DNA of 64,000 nucleotides from Marinilabilia sp. GTDB lineage: Bacteria; Bacteroidota; Bacteroidia; Bacteroidales; Marinilabiliaceae. The stretch is from assembly GCF_016278715.1 (NCBI RefSeq), contig NZ_JADQBH010000108.1, positions 6,761 to 70,760 of the forward strand, given 5' to 3'. Shown here piece by piece: positions 1-10,099 of this stretch. Numbering within the stretch: the first letter of the stretch is position 1; each line of letters starts with the position of its first letter. Both the position numbers and the translations under genes were made by a program. The notes beneath the pieces were generated by a model. The model made no database searches. It saw nothing but the letters and a program-made list of their open reading frames with translations, and was not told where the DNA came from.

Positions 1-564
1 TCAGCCAACAACGCTCAAAAAAACCAGGAAAATGAAGAGCATCCAACAACCAAAAAGGATGCTGAAGAAATAAATTCGGAAGAGAATTGTGAAGAGGCCA
101 GGCAGGATGCAGAAGACGAACAAACGCTCCTGAAAAAACAGCTGGAAGACCTCAGTGACAAACACTTGCGCCTGATTGCCGAATACGATAACTTCAGAAA
201 ACGAACGCTGAAGGAAAAAATGGAGTTATCGAAAAGTGCAGGTGAAGGAATCCTTTTGAGCATACTTCCAGTTATAGATGATTTTGACAGAGCTCGTGCT
301 CACCTGGGGACTGCCAGTGACCTGGATGCCGTAAAAAACGGGATAGATCTGATTTACAACAAATTTAATGAATTTCTGAAGCAACAGGGAATCGTGGAGA
401 TTGAAACAGAAAATCAGGAGTTTGATAGTGAAACACATGAAGCCATCACAAAAATTCCGGCACCCTCAGAAGATATGAAAGGAAAAATCATCGACTGTGT
501 TCAAAAAGGCTATAAACTCAACGACAAAGTGATCCGATATCCCAAAGTTGTTGTTGGAGAATAA
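1..564 (+). CDS. grpE: Nucleotide exchange factor GrpE (5' end outside window)
   Basis: Frame open from base 1; RLIAEYDNFRKR, FDSETHEAI and VQKGYKLNDKVIRYPKVVV motifs; directly upstream of dnaJ. Confidence 0.96.
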   Translation, partial: SANNAQKNQENEEHPTTKKDAEEINSEENCEEARQDAEDEQTLLKKQLEDLSDKHLRLIAEYDNFRKRTLKEKMELSKSAGEGILLSILPVIDDFDRARAHLGTASDLDAVKNGIDLIYNKFNEFLKQQGIVEIETENQEFDSETHEAITKIPAPSEDMKGKIIDCVQKGYKLNDKVIRYPKVVVGE

Positions 565-579
565 ACCCAAAAATATATC

Positions 580-1737
580 ATGTCAAAAAGAGACTACTAC
601 GAAGTACTGGAAGTTGCAAAAAGCGCAAGTGCGGAAGAGATCAAAAAAGCCTACCGAAAGAAAGCCCTGAAATTTCACCCAGACAAAAACCCCGGTGACA
701 AAGAGGCAGAAGATAAATTCAAGGAAGCAGCTGAAGCCTACGAGGTACTTGGAAACGCAGAAAAAAGACAACGATACGACCAATTTGGACATGCCGGTGT
801 TGGTGGTGCTTCCGGAGGCGGCTTCGGTGGCGACGGGATGACAATGGAAGACATATTCTCCCATTTTGGAGACATCTTTGGCGGTGGTTTTAGCGGATTT
901 GGTGGTTTTGGCGGATTCGGAGGTTCCTCACGCGGAGGACAGCGGGTTAATAAAGGCTCTAACCTCCGTGTAAAAGTGACCCTCACACTTAAAGAAATTG
1001 CCAACGGTGTAGAGAAAAAACTCAAAGTCAAAAAATATGTTTCCTGTGAACACTGCAGTGGCACTGGGGCTGACAACGGAACAGCCTACAGCAACTGTTC
1101 CACATGCGGAGGCGCAGGCCAGGTAACACGGGTAGCCAACACCATACTGGGGCAAATGCAGACACGTTCCACCTGTCCGACCTGTAATGGAGAAGGGAAA
1201 ACCATTACCAAAAAATGTGCCCATTGTAACGGTGATGGCGTAATGCGTACAGAAGAAGTGGTCACCATAAACATTCCGGCCGGAGTGGAAGAAGGTATGC
1301 AGCTCTCAGTCTCAGGCAAGGGAAATGCTGCCCGTCGGGGTGGAATCAATGGAGATTTACTGGTACTAATTCAGGAAGAGAAACATCCCGACTTGGTTCG
1401 TGACGGCAGAGACCTGATTTACAATCTGCAACTGAGTGTACCCGATGCCATTTTAGGTACACCTGCCGAAATCCCAACTGTGGAGAGCAAGGTGAAAGTT
1501 AAAATTGACCCCGGCACACAGCCCGGCAAAATACTGCGTCTCAGAGGCAAAGGGTTGCCCGAAGTCAACAGCTACCACCGTGGCGACCTGCTGGTTCGCA
1601 TTAATGTTTGGATTCCCTCTGATGTTTCGAAAGATGAAAAGAAAACGCTTGAAAAACTGAAAGAATCTGAGTCTTTTACGCCAAAAGAAGGAAACGAACA
1701 AAATGGATTTTTCAGTAAAATGAAAGATATATTTTAG
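580..1737 (+). CDS. dnaJ: Chaperone DnaJ
   Basis: J domain with HPD, G/F-rich linker, four CxxCxGxG repeats, C-terminal domain. Confidence 0.98.
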   Translation: MSKRDYYEVLEVAKSASAEEIKKAYRKKALKFHPDKNPGDKEAEDKFKEAAEAYEVLGNAEKRQRYDQFGHAGVGGASGGGFGGDGMTMEDIFSHFGDIFGGGFSGFGGFGGFGGSSRGGQRVNKGSNLRVKVTLTLKEIANGVEKKLKVKKYVSCEHCSGTGADNGTAYSNCSTCGGAGQVTRVANTILGQMQTRSTCPTCNGEGKTITKKCAHCNGDGVMRTEEVVTINIPAGVEEGMQLSVSGKGNAARRGGINGDLLVLIQEEKHPDLVRDGRDLIYNLQLSVPDAILGTPAEIPTVESKVKVKIDPGTQPGKILRLRGKGLPEVNSYHRGDLLVRINVWIPSDVSKDEKKTLEKLKESESFTPKEGNEQNGFFSKMKDIF

Positions 1738-1762
1738 TTATTAAACCATATAAGGAATATAC

Positions 1763-1795
1763 AAAACGGGGATTTGAAAAAGATTCCCGTTTTTT
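1763..1795 (+). terminator. Intrinsic terminator after dnaJ
   Basis: aaaacgggga / ttcccgtttt stem followed by a T tract. Confidence 0.7.
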
Positions 1796-1828
1796 CATTA
1801 TTGTCCGGAGAAACTTATTTCTTGAAGA

Positions 1829-1936
1829 GAGATTTCTTCGTCTTATCCGCAATCAGGCCATTCTAAAGGTTTTCACCCCCTCCATCCCTTAAAACGCTGC
1901 AATATTCGGTCACTGCAAACAAAGTGAAGCAATCTC
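1829..1936. repeat. Degenerate inverted pair of GAAGCAATCT-family palindromic (REP-like) repeats
   Basis: gagatttcttcg at 1829 and gaagcaatctc at 1926; same core recurs at 13262, 26183 and 54567. Confidence 0.5.
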
Positions 1937-1990
1937 ATGAAAGAACCAAAGTTTTGTGAAATAATAACATTAAACACATAAGAACCACCT

Positions 1991-2027
1991 AAAGCGGAAG
2001 TCTGTAAAAGGATTCCCGTTTTTTTTT
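1991..2027 (+). terminator. Second terminator-like hairpin upstream of oxyR
   Basis: aaagcggaagtc / gattcccgtttt imperfect stem plus T tract; right arm identical to the dnaJ terminator arm. Confidence 0.45.
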
Positions 2028-2057
2028 ATATCTTTTGCTCCACAAAATTAAAAAGAT

Positions 2058-2990
2058 ATGAACATCCAACAACTGGAATATATTGTTGCATTGGACGACC
2101 ATCGTCACTTCGTGGATGCCGCCGAAAGCTGCCACATAACACAGCCAACCCTGACCATGCAATTGCGTAAAATGGAAGATGAAATTGGCGTTCAGATCTT
2201 CAACAGGGCAAAGAAACCCATTGAACCCACACCTGCTGGAGAGGAAATCATTATTAGAGCCCGGCAGATCCTCAGAGAAATTTCTGATTTACGCAACTAT
2301 GTCAGCCACGAGAAAAAAAGCATCGAAGGAGAATTTCGCCTGGGTATTATTCCCACACTGGCACCATACCTCATCCCACGGTTTCTTCCACAGTTTATCA
2401 GCGAAAACCCCAACACACATCTGCGCATTGAAGAAATTGAATCGGAACCACTTCTCAAAGCAATCCACAACGACCGCATTGATATAGGACTAATGGTTAC
2501 CCCCGCAGAAGAAAAGCAAATCCGGGAAGTACCATTATTCTATGAGCCTTTTCTCTTCTATGCGCCTTACGACCATCCCTTTATGCACAATGAATTCATA
2601 GAAAACAACCTGTTAGACCCGGCTAAAGTACTGGTTCTAAACGAAGGACACTGTTTCCGCAACCAAACACTCGATATTTGCGGCAAAGCTAGTCAGACCA
2701 ACAATGCCTTCGGTTTTTACTATGAAAGCGGCAGCATTGAAGCCCTCAAGGCAATGGTACGAAAAGGGATTGGTTACACCCTGGTTCCTGAGTTATCGGT
2801 AGATTCCATGACCGACAAACCCTTTGTAAGAAGGTTTACGGAACCGGAACCGGTAAGGGAAGTAAGCATTGTCGTTCACCAGAGCTTTACACGACAATTG
2901 TTGATTGACCGGATAAAATCGGCCGTACTGGATAATTTACCGGAGAATATCATTAAAACAAAGAGTGTGAAAAAGATAAAATGGCGGTAA
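2058..2990 (+). CDS. oxyR: LysR-family hydrogen peroxide-inducible regulator OxyR
   Basis: LysR HTH (HITQPTLTMQLRKME) and redox Cys pair in LNEGHCFRNQTLDIC. Confidence 0.9.
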   Translation: MNIQQLEYIVALDDHRHFVDAAESCHITQPTLTMQLRKMEDEIGVQIFNRAKKPIEPTPAGEEIIIRARQILREISDLRNYVSHEKKSIEGEFRLGIIPTLAPYLIPRFLPQFISENPNTHLRIEEIESEPLLKAIHNDRIDIGLMVTPAEEKQIREVPLFYEPFLFYAPYDHPFMHNEFIENNLLDPAKVLVLNEGHCFRNQTLDICGKASQTNNAFGFYYESGSIEALKAMVRKGIGYTLVPELSVDSMTDKPFVRRFTEPEPVREVSIVVHQSFTRQLLIDRIKSAVLDNLPENIIKTKSVKKIKWR

Positions 2991-3016
2991 ATATCAAAAA
3001 AACTTAAGCTGTTTAC

Positions 3017-3047
3017 TTGCATTTTAAAAAATCATTCCCTAAACTTG
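3017..3047 (+). promoter_or_regulatory. Putative Bacteroidetes sigma70 promoter of the trp leader
   Basis: TTG at 3017-3019, 20-nt spacer, TAAACTTG at 3040-3047 (consensus TAnnTTTG). Confidence 0.55.
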
Positions 3048-3112
3048 CAAAAGCAAAAACATAACAAAAGTCATAAATAAGGGTTTACATAAACCCGGAA
3101 ATTAGATAAAAC

Positions 3113-3175
3113 ATGAACATTTCAGTTGCAAATATCTGGTGGTGGCGTCATTTCTTTATTCCTCAGGGGGATTAA
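3113..3175 (+). CDS. trpL: trp operon leader peptide MNISVANIWWWRHFFIPQGD (20 aa)
   Basis: ATG at 3113, three consecutive TGG codons at 3137-3145, TAA at 3173; upstream of a terminator and trpE. Confidence 0.9.
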   Translation: MNISVANIWWWRHFFIPQGD

Positions 3176-3219
3176 GGTGGTGTCTTCATGCTTAAATTGT
3201 AACTAAAGCATAAAATAAG

Positions 3220-3255
3220 AAAGGCTTACCGGAAATCCCGGTGAGCCTTTTTTTT
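3220..3255 (+). terminator. trp attenuator terminator
   Basis: aaggcttaccgg / ccggtgagcctt stem with T tract, 35 nt before trpE. Confidence 0.9.
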
Positions 3256-3290
3256 ATTCCAATTTTGAAAACAAAAAACAACCGATACCT

Positions 3291-4715
3291 ATGAAGAAGC
3301 AAAAACTCAACCTCTCGTGCAACCACATCCCTGCTCATGTGGGAGACATTGTGACTCCAGTGAGCATTTACCTGAAATTAAGGGATTTGTTCCCCAATAC
3401 CATTTTACTGGAGAGTTCGGATTACCACGGTGGAAATAACTCACTATCTTTTATATGTTTCAATCCCATAGCCGATTTCATTGTGGAAAACGAAACAGTT
3501 TTATCCCGATATCCGGATGAAACCAGATCGAAGATTTCACTTTCCGGAAAGGAATCTGTTCCGGAGCTGATGCAGGAATTCATCAACAATTTTGAAATCT
3601 CCGAAGAAGAACAAATGAAATGCCCGGTTCCTGCTTCCGGTCTCTATGGATACACTGCTTATGACGCCGTGCGCTACTTCGAAGACCTTACCCTGGATAT
3701 AGACCCGGAAGCCCCCCACTCCATCCCCGACATTCGCTATCACCTCTACCAGTCCGTCATCGCTTTCAACCACTTTACCAATCAGCTTTACTTAGTAGAA
3801 CACCTATTTCCCGGCCAGAAATCATCTTTGAATGAGACCCTGGAAATCCTGAAAAACCGCTCAGTACCCTCTTTCTATTTCACTCCTGTAAATGATGAGG
3901 AATCACCTCTCAACGAGCAGCAATACATGGAAATGGTGACCAAGGGCAAAGAACACAGCTATCGGGGCGACGTATTCCAGATTGTGTTGTCGCGCCAGTT
4001 TTCACAAACATTCAAAGGCGATGAGTTTAATGTTTATCGAGCTTTACGTCACATCAACCCTTCCCCCTATCTTTTCTATTTCGATTATGGCAATTATCGC
4101 CTCATGGGTTCTTCGCCCGAGAGTCAGCTGGTAATTGAAAAGGGGCTGGCCACCATCAATCCCATTGCAGGAACATTCCGCCGTACCGGAGACGACCTCA
4201 AAGACATGAAACTGGCCGAAGAGCTGAGCAAGGACCCCAAGGAAAATGCAGAACATGTAATGCTTGTTGACCTTGCCCGCAACGACTTGGGACGCAACTG
4301 CAGAGAGGTAGAGGTAAAAACCTATAAAGAAGTGCAATATTACAGCCACGTACTCCACCTGGTATCTGAAGTGACCGGGAAACTCCGGAATCCCAACGAC
4401 ATTGCCCGTGTCATGGCCGACACATTTCCTGCAGGCACCTTGTCCGGAGCGCCTAAATACAAAGCCATGCAACTGATTAATAAATATGAGCCTCACAATC
4501 GTGGTTATTATGGTGGCTGTATAGGAAAGCTGGGGCTCGACGGCTCTTTTAACCAGGCCATTATGATTCGTTCGTTCCTGAGTAAGAACAACACCCTGTT
4601 CTATCAGGCTGGCGCAGGAGTCGTTTCCGAATCAGTAGAAGAAAAAGAGCTCCAGGAAGTAAACAATAAACTGGGTGCTTTGAAGAAAGCCATCGAAATG
4701 GCGGCAGAGTTTTAG
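3291..4715 (+). CDS. trpE: Anthranilate synthase component I
   Basis: LLES, GDVFQIVLS, PIAGT, EHVMLVDLARNDL and GTLSGAPK motifs. Confidence 0.96.
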   Translation: MKKQKLNLSCNHIPAHVGDIVTPVSIYLKLRDLFPNTILLESSDYHGGNNSLSFICFNPIADFIVENETVLSRYPDETRSKISLSGKESVPELMQEFINNFEISEEEQMKCPVPASGLYGYTAYDAVRYFEDLTLDIDPEAPHSIPDIRYHLYQSVIAFNHFTNQLYLVEHLFPGQKSSLNETLEILKNRSVPSFYFTPVNDEESPLNEQQYMEMVTKGKEHSYRGDVFQIVLSRQFSQTFKGDEFNVYRALRHINPSPYLFYFDYGNYRLMGSSPESQLVIEKGLATINPIAGTFRRTGDDLKDMKLAEELSKDPKENAEHVMLVDLARNDLGRNCREVEVKTYKEVQYYSHVLHLVSEVTGKLRNPNDIARVMADTFPAGTLSGAPKYKAMQLINKYEPHNRGYYGGCIGKLGLDGSFNQAIMIRSFLSKNNTLFYQAGAGVVSESVEEKELQEVNNKLGALKKAIEMAAEF

Positions 4716-4882
4716 TTGTTGGCTGTTGGCTCGTAATTTTTAAGTGCTAATCATGAGTTGAAAGTTAAAGAACCCCTATTTTCAATACAACCAAGCACCT
4801 AAGAAAGTTAAAATTTAAGCAAAATAAAAACATTAAACTCATCAAAGACGGCCATTTTGGCTTTGTGTAAAAACAGAAAAAG

Positions 4883-5452
4883 ATGAAAATACTCGTTATA
4901 GACAACTACGACTCATTTACCTACAACCTGGTGCACTATCTGGAAGAAGTGGCCGATCAGGAAGTGGATGTATTCCGGAACGACAAAATCACCATCGAAG
5001 AAGCCCGGGCTTATGACAAGATCGTACTTTCTCCGGGCCCCGGGATTCCTGACGAAGCCGGCATTCTGAAACCGTTAATCAAAGCATTGGCCCCCACCCA
5101 CTCTATTTTTGGCGTATGCCTCGGCTGCCAGGCCATTGCGGAGGTATTTGGAGGTTCCATCTACAACCTGCCGCGTGTTTACCACGGCATCGCAACGCCC
5201 ATATCGGTTTGCGACCGCAACGAAATGATTTTTAATACCCTGCCCGACACTTTCATGGGTGGCCGTTACCACTCCTGGGTCGTCAACGAAGAGGATCTCC
5301 CGTCGGAACTCAACATCACTGCCCGAGACACACAGGGACAAATCATGGGCATCACCCATAAGGAATATGATGTCAGAGCCGTGCAGTTTCATCCCGAGTC
5401 CATCCTCACAGAGCATGGAAAACAAATGATAAAAAACTGGATTGAAGGGTAA
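4883..5452 (+). CDS. trpG: Anthranilate synthase component II (glutamine amidotransferase)
   Basis: IDNYDSFTYN, SPGPG, GVCLG, RYHS and QFHPES motifs. Confidence 0.96.
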   Translation: MKILVIDNYDSFTYNLVHYLEEVADQEVDVFRNDKITIEEARAYDKIVLSPGPGIPDEAGILKPLIKALAPTHSIFGVCLGCQAIAEVFGGSIYNLPRVYHGIATPISVCDRNEMIFNTLPDTFMGGRYHSWVVNEEDLPSELNITARDTQGQIMGITHKEYDVRAVQFHPESILTEHGKQMIKNWIEG

Positions 5453-5491
5453 ATTCTAACCTCTATTTTTAAATAATTAACACCTGGAACA

Positions 5492-6487
5492 ATGCTACAG
5501 CCAACACTAAAACGACTCTTCGAATACAATACCCTATCCAAAGAAGAGGCCAAAGAGATACTCGTCAATATCACCAGCGAAAACTACAGCAAATCAGAAG
5601 TTGTGGCCTTTCTGTCAGTCTTTATGATGCGCTCGGTTACCGTAGAAGAATTATCGGGTTTCCGGGACGGCCTGCTGGAACAATGCAAACGCGTTGACCT
5701 GTCCGATTTTCAGACCATCGATATGTGTGGAACCGGAGGCGACGGGAAAAACACCTTTAACATTTCCACGCTGGCATCATTGGTGGTTGCCGGTGCAGGC
5801 TACAAAGTGGCAAAGCACGGAAATGCGGGGGTGAGTTCAGCTTGTGGTTCCTCCAATGTCATGGAATATCTGGGTTATCAATTTTCCAACGACAACGATT
5901 TGCTAAAAAAACAGATTGACAAAGCAGGAATTTGCTTTATGCACGCACCTTTGTTTCACCCTGCCATGAAAGCAGTAGGCCCCATCCGTCGCGAACTTGG
6001 CATCAAGACTTTCTTTAACATGCTGGGGCCTATGGTTAATCCGGCCAATCCGCAGTTTCAACTGGTGGGTGTTTTCAGCCTGGAACTGGCCCGCATTTAT
6101 CAGTACATTTACCAGCAAACAGATACAAAATTCAGCATTGTCCATAGCATTGACGGATACGATGAAGTGTCTTTAACGGATGCGTTTAAGGTGATTTCAC
6201 ACAACGGGGAAAAGTTACTGAAGCCAGACGACATCAAACTGCCTCTCAACAAACCTGAAGATATTTTCGGTGGCAATACAGTTGAGAATTCGGCCTCCAT
6301 TTTCAAAAAAGTACTAAACGGACAGGGAACTGAAGCTCAAAACAACGCCGTCATGGCCAATGCTGCGCTGGCAATTCAAACCATAGATGAGTCTCTCTCA
6401 TTTGAGCTATGTCTGGAGAAAGCCTCCGATTCCCTTAAAGGCGGCAAGGCAGCGGCTACCTTAAAGACCCTTCTGGAAATTGTCTAA
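5492..6487 (+). CDS. trpD: Anthranilate phosphoribosyltransferase
   Basis: CGTGGDGKNTFNIST and KHGN motifs. Confidence 0.97.
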   Translation: MLQPTLKRLFEYNTLSKEEAKEILVNITSENYSKSEVVAFLSVFMMRSVTVEELSGFRDGLLEQCKRVDLSDFQTIDMCGTGGDGKNTFNISTLASLVVAGAGYKVAKHGNAGVSSACGSSNVMEYLGYQFSNDNDLLKKQIDKAGICFMHAPLFHPAMKAVGPIRRELGIKTFFNMLGPMVNPANPQFQLVGVFSLELARIYQYIYQQTDTKFSIVHSIDGYDEVSLTDAFKVISHNGEKLLKPDDIKLPLNKPEDIFGGNTVENSASIFKKVLNGQGTEAQNNAVMANAALAIQTIDESLSFELCLEKASDSLKGGKAAATLKTLLEIV

Positions 6488-6506
6488 CCCAATACACAAA
6501 GGAACC

Positions 6507-7301
6507 ATGAACATTCTGGATAAAATAGTAGCGAGAAAGCAAGAGGAAGTCGAAGCCGCTAAAAACAAGGTGTCGGTAAAAGAACTGAAATATTATCGTC
6601 ACTTTTCAGCTCCTACTCCCTCCATGAAAGACAACCTGATAAAAAAGAGCGACTTTCCTGTCATTGCCGAATTTAAGCGACAGTCGCCGTCCAAAGGCCT
6701 GATTCATGCGGATGCCAAAGTGGAGGATATTGTTCCCGGTTATGCCAGAGCAGGAGTTGCAGGCATTTCAGTACTTACCGATTCCCATTTCTTTGGTGGT
6801 TGCAACGATGATTTAAGTAAAGCCCGCGACCTGACCGACACCCCCATCATCCGCAAAGAATTCATCATTGACCCTTATCAGATATATGAAGCCAAAGCCA
6901 TTGGCGCCAGCACCATTCTGCTTATTGCATCCATATTGGAAAAAAAGCAGGCAGGTGAGCTTGCTGCTCTGGCCAATTATCTTGGGCTGGAGGTATTGAT
7001 GGAACTCCACGATGAAAGTGAAGTCGGGCTTCTTAACAGTTATGTGGATATGGTGGGCATAAACAACCGGAATCTAAAAACCTTTGAGGTGGACTTACAA
7101 CATGCAGCCAATCTGATTTCCTTGCTTCCCGCACATATTCTCCCCATCGCCGAAAGCGGAATCCATTCGGCTGAAGATTTCCGGTTTCTGAAGGATGCCG
7201 GATTCAAAGGTTTCCTCATGGGCGAGTATTTCATGAAACATGATGACCCGGCACAAATTTGCGCAGATTTCAAAGCTGAAGTAACATCAATAAAAGTTTG
7301 A
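6507..7301 (+). CDS. trpC: Indole-3-glycerol phosphate synthase
   Basis: IAEFKRQSPSKG, ISVLTD, RKEFI and GINNRNL motifs; start taken at ATG 6507 (MNILDKIV). Confidence 0.96.
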   Translation: MNILDKIVARKQEEVEAAKNKVSVKELKYYRHFSAPTPSMKDNLIKKSDFPVIAEFKRQSPSKGLIHADAKVEDIVPGYARAGVAGISVLTDSHFFGGCNDDLSKARDLTDTPIIRKEFIIDPYQIYEAKAIGASTILLIASILEKKQAGELAALANYLGLEVLMELHDESEVGLLNSYVDMVGINNRNLKTFEVDLQHAANLISLLPAHILPIAESGIHSAEDFRFLKDAGFKGFLMGEYFMKHDDPAQICADFKAEVTSIKV

Positions 7302-7311
7302 ACAAAAAACT

Positions 7312-7950
7312 ATGCCAAATCCTGTGAAAATAAAAGTCTGCGGAATGCGCCATCATCAAAATATTCTCGATTTGATAAGCCTGAAACCCGATTACATAGG
7401 GTTCATCTTTTATCCCAAATCGCCACGATATGCAGGTAACATCTTAAAACCCGAAACCACAGCCCTGATCCCGGAACATATCCGCAAAACGGGAGTATTT
7501 GTTAATGCAAAATCAGAAACCATAAAAGAAACCTGTCGAATATTTAATCTAAACACTGTTCAGTTGCATGGAGAAGAATCCACAGACCAGTGTCTCGAAC
7601 TAAAAGAAGAGGGCTACGAAATAATAAAAGCCTTCTCCCTGAAGGACGAAAAGGATAAAGAAAAAACCAATGACTACAAAGAGGTATGCGACTTTTTTCT
7701 TTTCGATACGCCCACCCACCAATATGGAGGCAGTGGCCAAAAGTTCGACTGGTCAATCCTTGCCGGTTTTGAACCTGCACGCCCTTTCTTTTTAAGTGGA
7801 GGCATAGAAAGCCAGGATGCCCCAGGCATCTTAAAAGGATGCCCTGCAATGCCCTATGCACTGGACATCAACAGCCGATTTGAATCAGAACCCGGATTAA
7901 AGAACATTGCCGCTATTGAACAGTTCATAAAAACCATTCGAAAACAATAA
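7312..7950 (+). CDS. trpF: Phosphoribosylanthranilate isomerase
   Basis: KIKVCG, VQLHG, GGSG, LSGG and DINSRFE motifs. Confidence 0.95.
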   Translation: MPNPVKIKVCGMRHHQNILDLISLKPDYIGFIFYPKSPRYAGNILKPETTALIPEHIRKTGVFVNAKSETIKETCRIFNLNTVQLHGEESTDQCLELKEEGYEIIKAFSLKDEKDKEKTNDYKEVCDFFLFDTPTHQYGGSGQKFDWSILAGFEPARPFFLSGGIESQDAPGILKGCPAMPYALDINSRFESEPGLKNIAAIEQFIKTIRKQ

Positions 7951-7970
7951 AAAAAAATAAATAAGTTTAT

Positions 7971-9161
7971 ATGTCAACTTCATTTCAACCTGACGAGCGA
8001 GGATTTTACGGCCCCTTTGGAGGCGCCTACATCCCGGAAATGCTCATTCCCAACATTGAAAACCTGAGGAATAATTATTTACGAATAATCAATTCCGAGT
8101 CGTTTCGGAAAGATTTCAAAAACCTTCTGGAAGATTATGCAGGACGGCCATCTCCCCTATATCATGCAGGGCGGCTTTCCGAGCATTATGGTTGCAACAT
8201 ATGGTTAAAACGTGAAGACCTCAACCACACCGGGAGCCATAAAATAAACAACACCATCGGCCAGATTCTCCTGGCCAATGAAATGGGAAAAAAGCGCATC
8301 ATCGCAGAGACCGGTGCAGGACAACATGGCGTGGCCACGGCTACGGTATGTGCCCTTATGGGACTGGACTGCATTGTTTACATGGGTGAAACCGATATGG
8401 AACGTCAGGCCCCCAATGTGGCACGGATGAAAATGCTTGGAGCTGACGTAAGACCAGCGATGTCGGGCAGTCGCACACTGAAAGATGCGACCAATGAAGC
8501 CTTGCGCGACTGGATTGCAAATCCGCTGGATACTTTTTACCTCATCGGTTCGGTGGTGGGACCCCATCCCTACCCAGACCTGGTAGCCCGGCTGCAATCG
8601 GTCATTAGTGGAGAAATACAATGGCAAATGAGGAACAAAACCGGCAACAGCAATCCCGACTATGTCGTTGCTTGTGTGGGTGGCGGTTCCAATGCTGCAG
8701 GGTCATTCTATCATTTTCTGAACGAACCGGATGTAAAACTAATTGGTGCAGAAGCATCGGGCGAGGGTTTAACCTCCGGGAAAACCGCCGCATCCATTGC
8801 CATGGGCGAAACCGGGGTAATACACGGAAGCATGACCTACCTGATGCAAACAGACGACGGTCAAATCACAGAACCCTACAGCATTTCTGCAGGACTCGAC
8901 TACCCCGGAATAGGTCCTTTACACTCCTGGCTATCAAAAACAGGACGGGCAAAATATCTTTCTGTCACCGACCAGGAAGCTCTGGATGCAGCACTGTTGC
9001 TCACAAGAAAAGAAGGCATTATTCCAGCACTGGAATCGGCCCATGCATTGGCAGCACTCGACCAACTGGAACTAAAATCAGAAGAAAATGTAGTGGTCAC
9101 TGTTTCCGGACGAGGAGACAAAGACATGAAAACCTACATGGAACGGTTTAATTTGAAATAA
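7971..9161 (+). CDS. trpB: Tryptophan synthase beta chain
   Basis: HTGSHKINN (PLP Lys), [13 protein letters not shown] and SGRGDKD motifs. Confidence 0.98.
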   Translation: MSTSFQPDERGFYGPFGGAYIPEMLIPNIENLRNNYLRIINSESFRKDFKNLLEDYAGRPSPLYHAGRLSEHYGCNIWLKREDLNHTGSHKINNTIGQILLANEMGKKRIIAETGAGQHGVATATVCALMGLDCIVYMGETDMERQAPNVARMKMLGADVRPAMSGSRTLKDATNEALRDWIANPLDTFYLIGSVVGPHPYPDLVARLQSVISGEIQWQMRNKTGNSNPDYVVACVGGGSNAAGSFYHFLNEPDVKLIGAEASGEGLTSGKTAASIAMGETGVIHGSMTYLMQTDDGQITEPYSISAGLDYPGIGPLHSWLSKTGRAKYLSVTDQEALDAALLLTRKEGIIPALESAHALAALDQLELKSEENVVVTVSGRGDKDMKTYMERFNLK

Positions 9162-9203
9162 GTTAAAGCAATATCCATTTACAAACAAAACCAGAAACTA
9201 CCA

Positions 9204-9974
9204 ATGGAAAAATTAAAGTCTCTGCTTAAAAGAAAAAAAGACCTGTTATCGGTTTATTTCACAGCAGGATTCCCCGATATTGAAAGCACCACAAAGGTCT
9301 TAAAATCACTGGAAAAAGCCGGAGTTGATTTTGTGGAAATCGGAATGCCCTACTCCGACCCGCTGGCCGACGGCCCAGTGATACAAAACAGCAGCACCCG
9401 GGCACTGAAAAACGGTATGAGCCTGAAAAAGCTTTTTGAACAACTGAGCAGTATCTCGGCGGAAATCTCTATTCCCATGATTCTGATGGGATACCTGAAT
9501 CCTGTGCTCAAATTCGGGGTGGGGGAATTCGTTGAGCAATGTAAAACAAATAACATCAGTGGACTGATTCTCCCAGACCTTCCATACGAAACCTATATGG
9601 ATGAATATCAGGAACTTTTTACCAAAAACGGCATCAGTAACATATTCCTGATCACTCCACAGACACCGGAGGAACGCGTCAGAAAACTTGACAAAGCCTC
9701 CACTTCATTTATTTACATGGTTTCCTCTGCAGCGGTAACCGGTGCCCGGGACGGATTATCTCCCCAACAAATCGAGTATTTTGAACGCATCAATGACATG
9801 GAACTCACTAATCCTCGAATGGTCGGTTTTGGCATCAGTAATCACCAAACCTTCAGCGATGTATGCCTACATGCACATGGTGCCATTGTGGGTAGCGCGT
9901 TTATCAAACACCTTGAGCAATCGGGCGATGATGAGGAGGGGATAATTAATTTTATTAAAGGACTTAAAGGCTAA
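9204..9974 (+). CDS. trpA: Tryptophan synthase alpha chain
   Basis: EIGMPYSDPLADGPVIQ, VTG and GFGI motifs. Confidence 0.97.
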   Translation: MEKLKSLLKRKKDLLSVYFTAGFPDIESTTKVLKSLEKAGVDFVEIGMPYSDPLADGPVIQNSSTRALKNGMSLKKLFEQLSSISAEISIPMILMGYLNPVLKFGVGEFVEQCKTNNISGLILPDLPYETYMDEYQELFTKNGISNIFLITPQTPEERVRKLDKASTSFIYMVSSAAVTGARDGLSPQQIEYFERINDMELTNPRMVGFGISNHQTFSDVCLHAHGAIVGSAFIKHLEQSGDDEEGIINFIKGLKG

Positions 9975-10071
9975 CAAACTCCTAAATCCAGGAAAAATAA
10001 ACTTTCTCGAAGGATATTAACCACAGAGAACGCTGAGGAGAAAATATCCGGGTATTCGGATAATAAATTAT

Positions 10072-10079
10072 TACTTTTG
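10072..10079 (+). promoter_or_regulatory. TAnnTTTG -7 box upstream of purU
   Basis: TACTTTTG 20 nt before the purU ATG. Confidence 0.55.
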
Positions 10080-10099
10080 CAGGCAAAACAGTTACAAAA

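Noticed and set aside
1-1737. grpE-dnaJ without dnaK
   Set aside because: Usual arrangement in Bacteroidetes; dnaK is normally elsewhere or could lie upstream of the window
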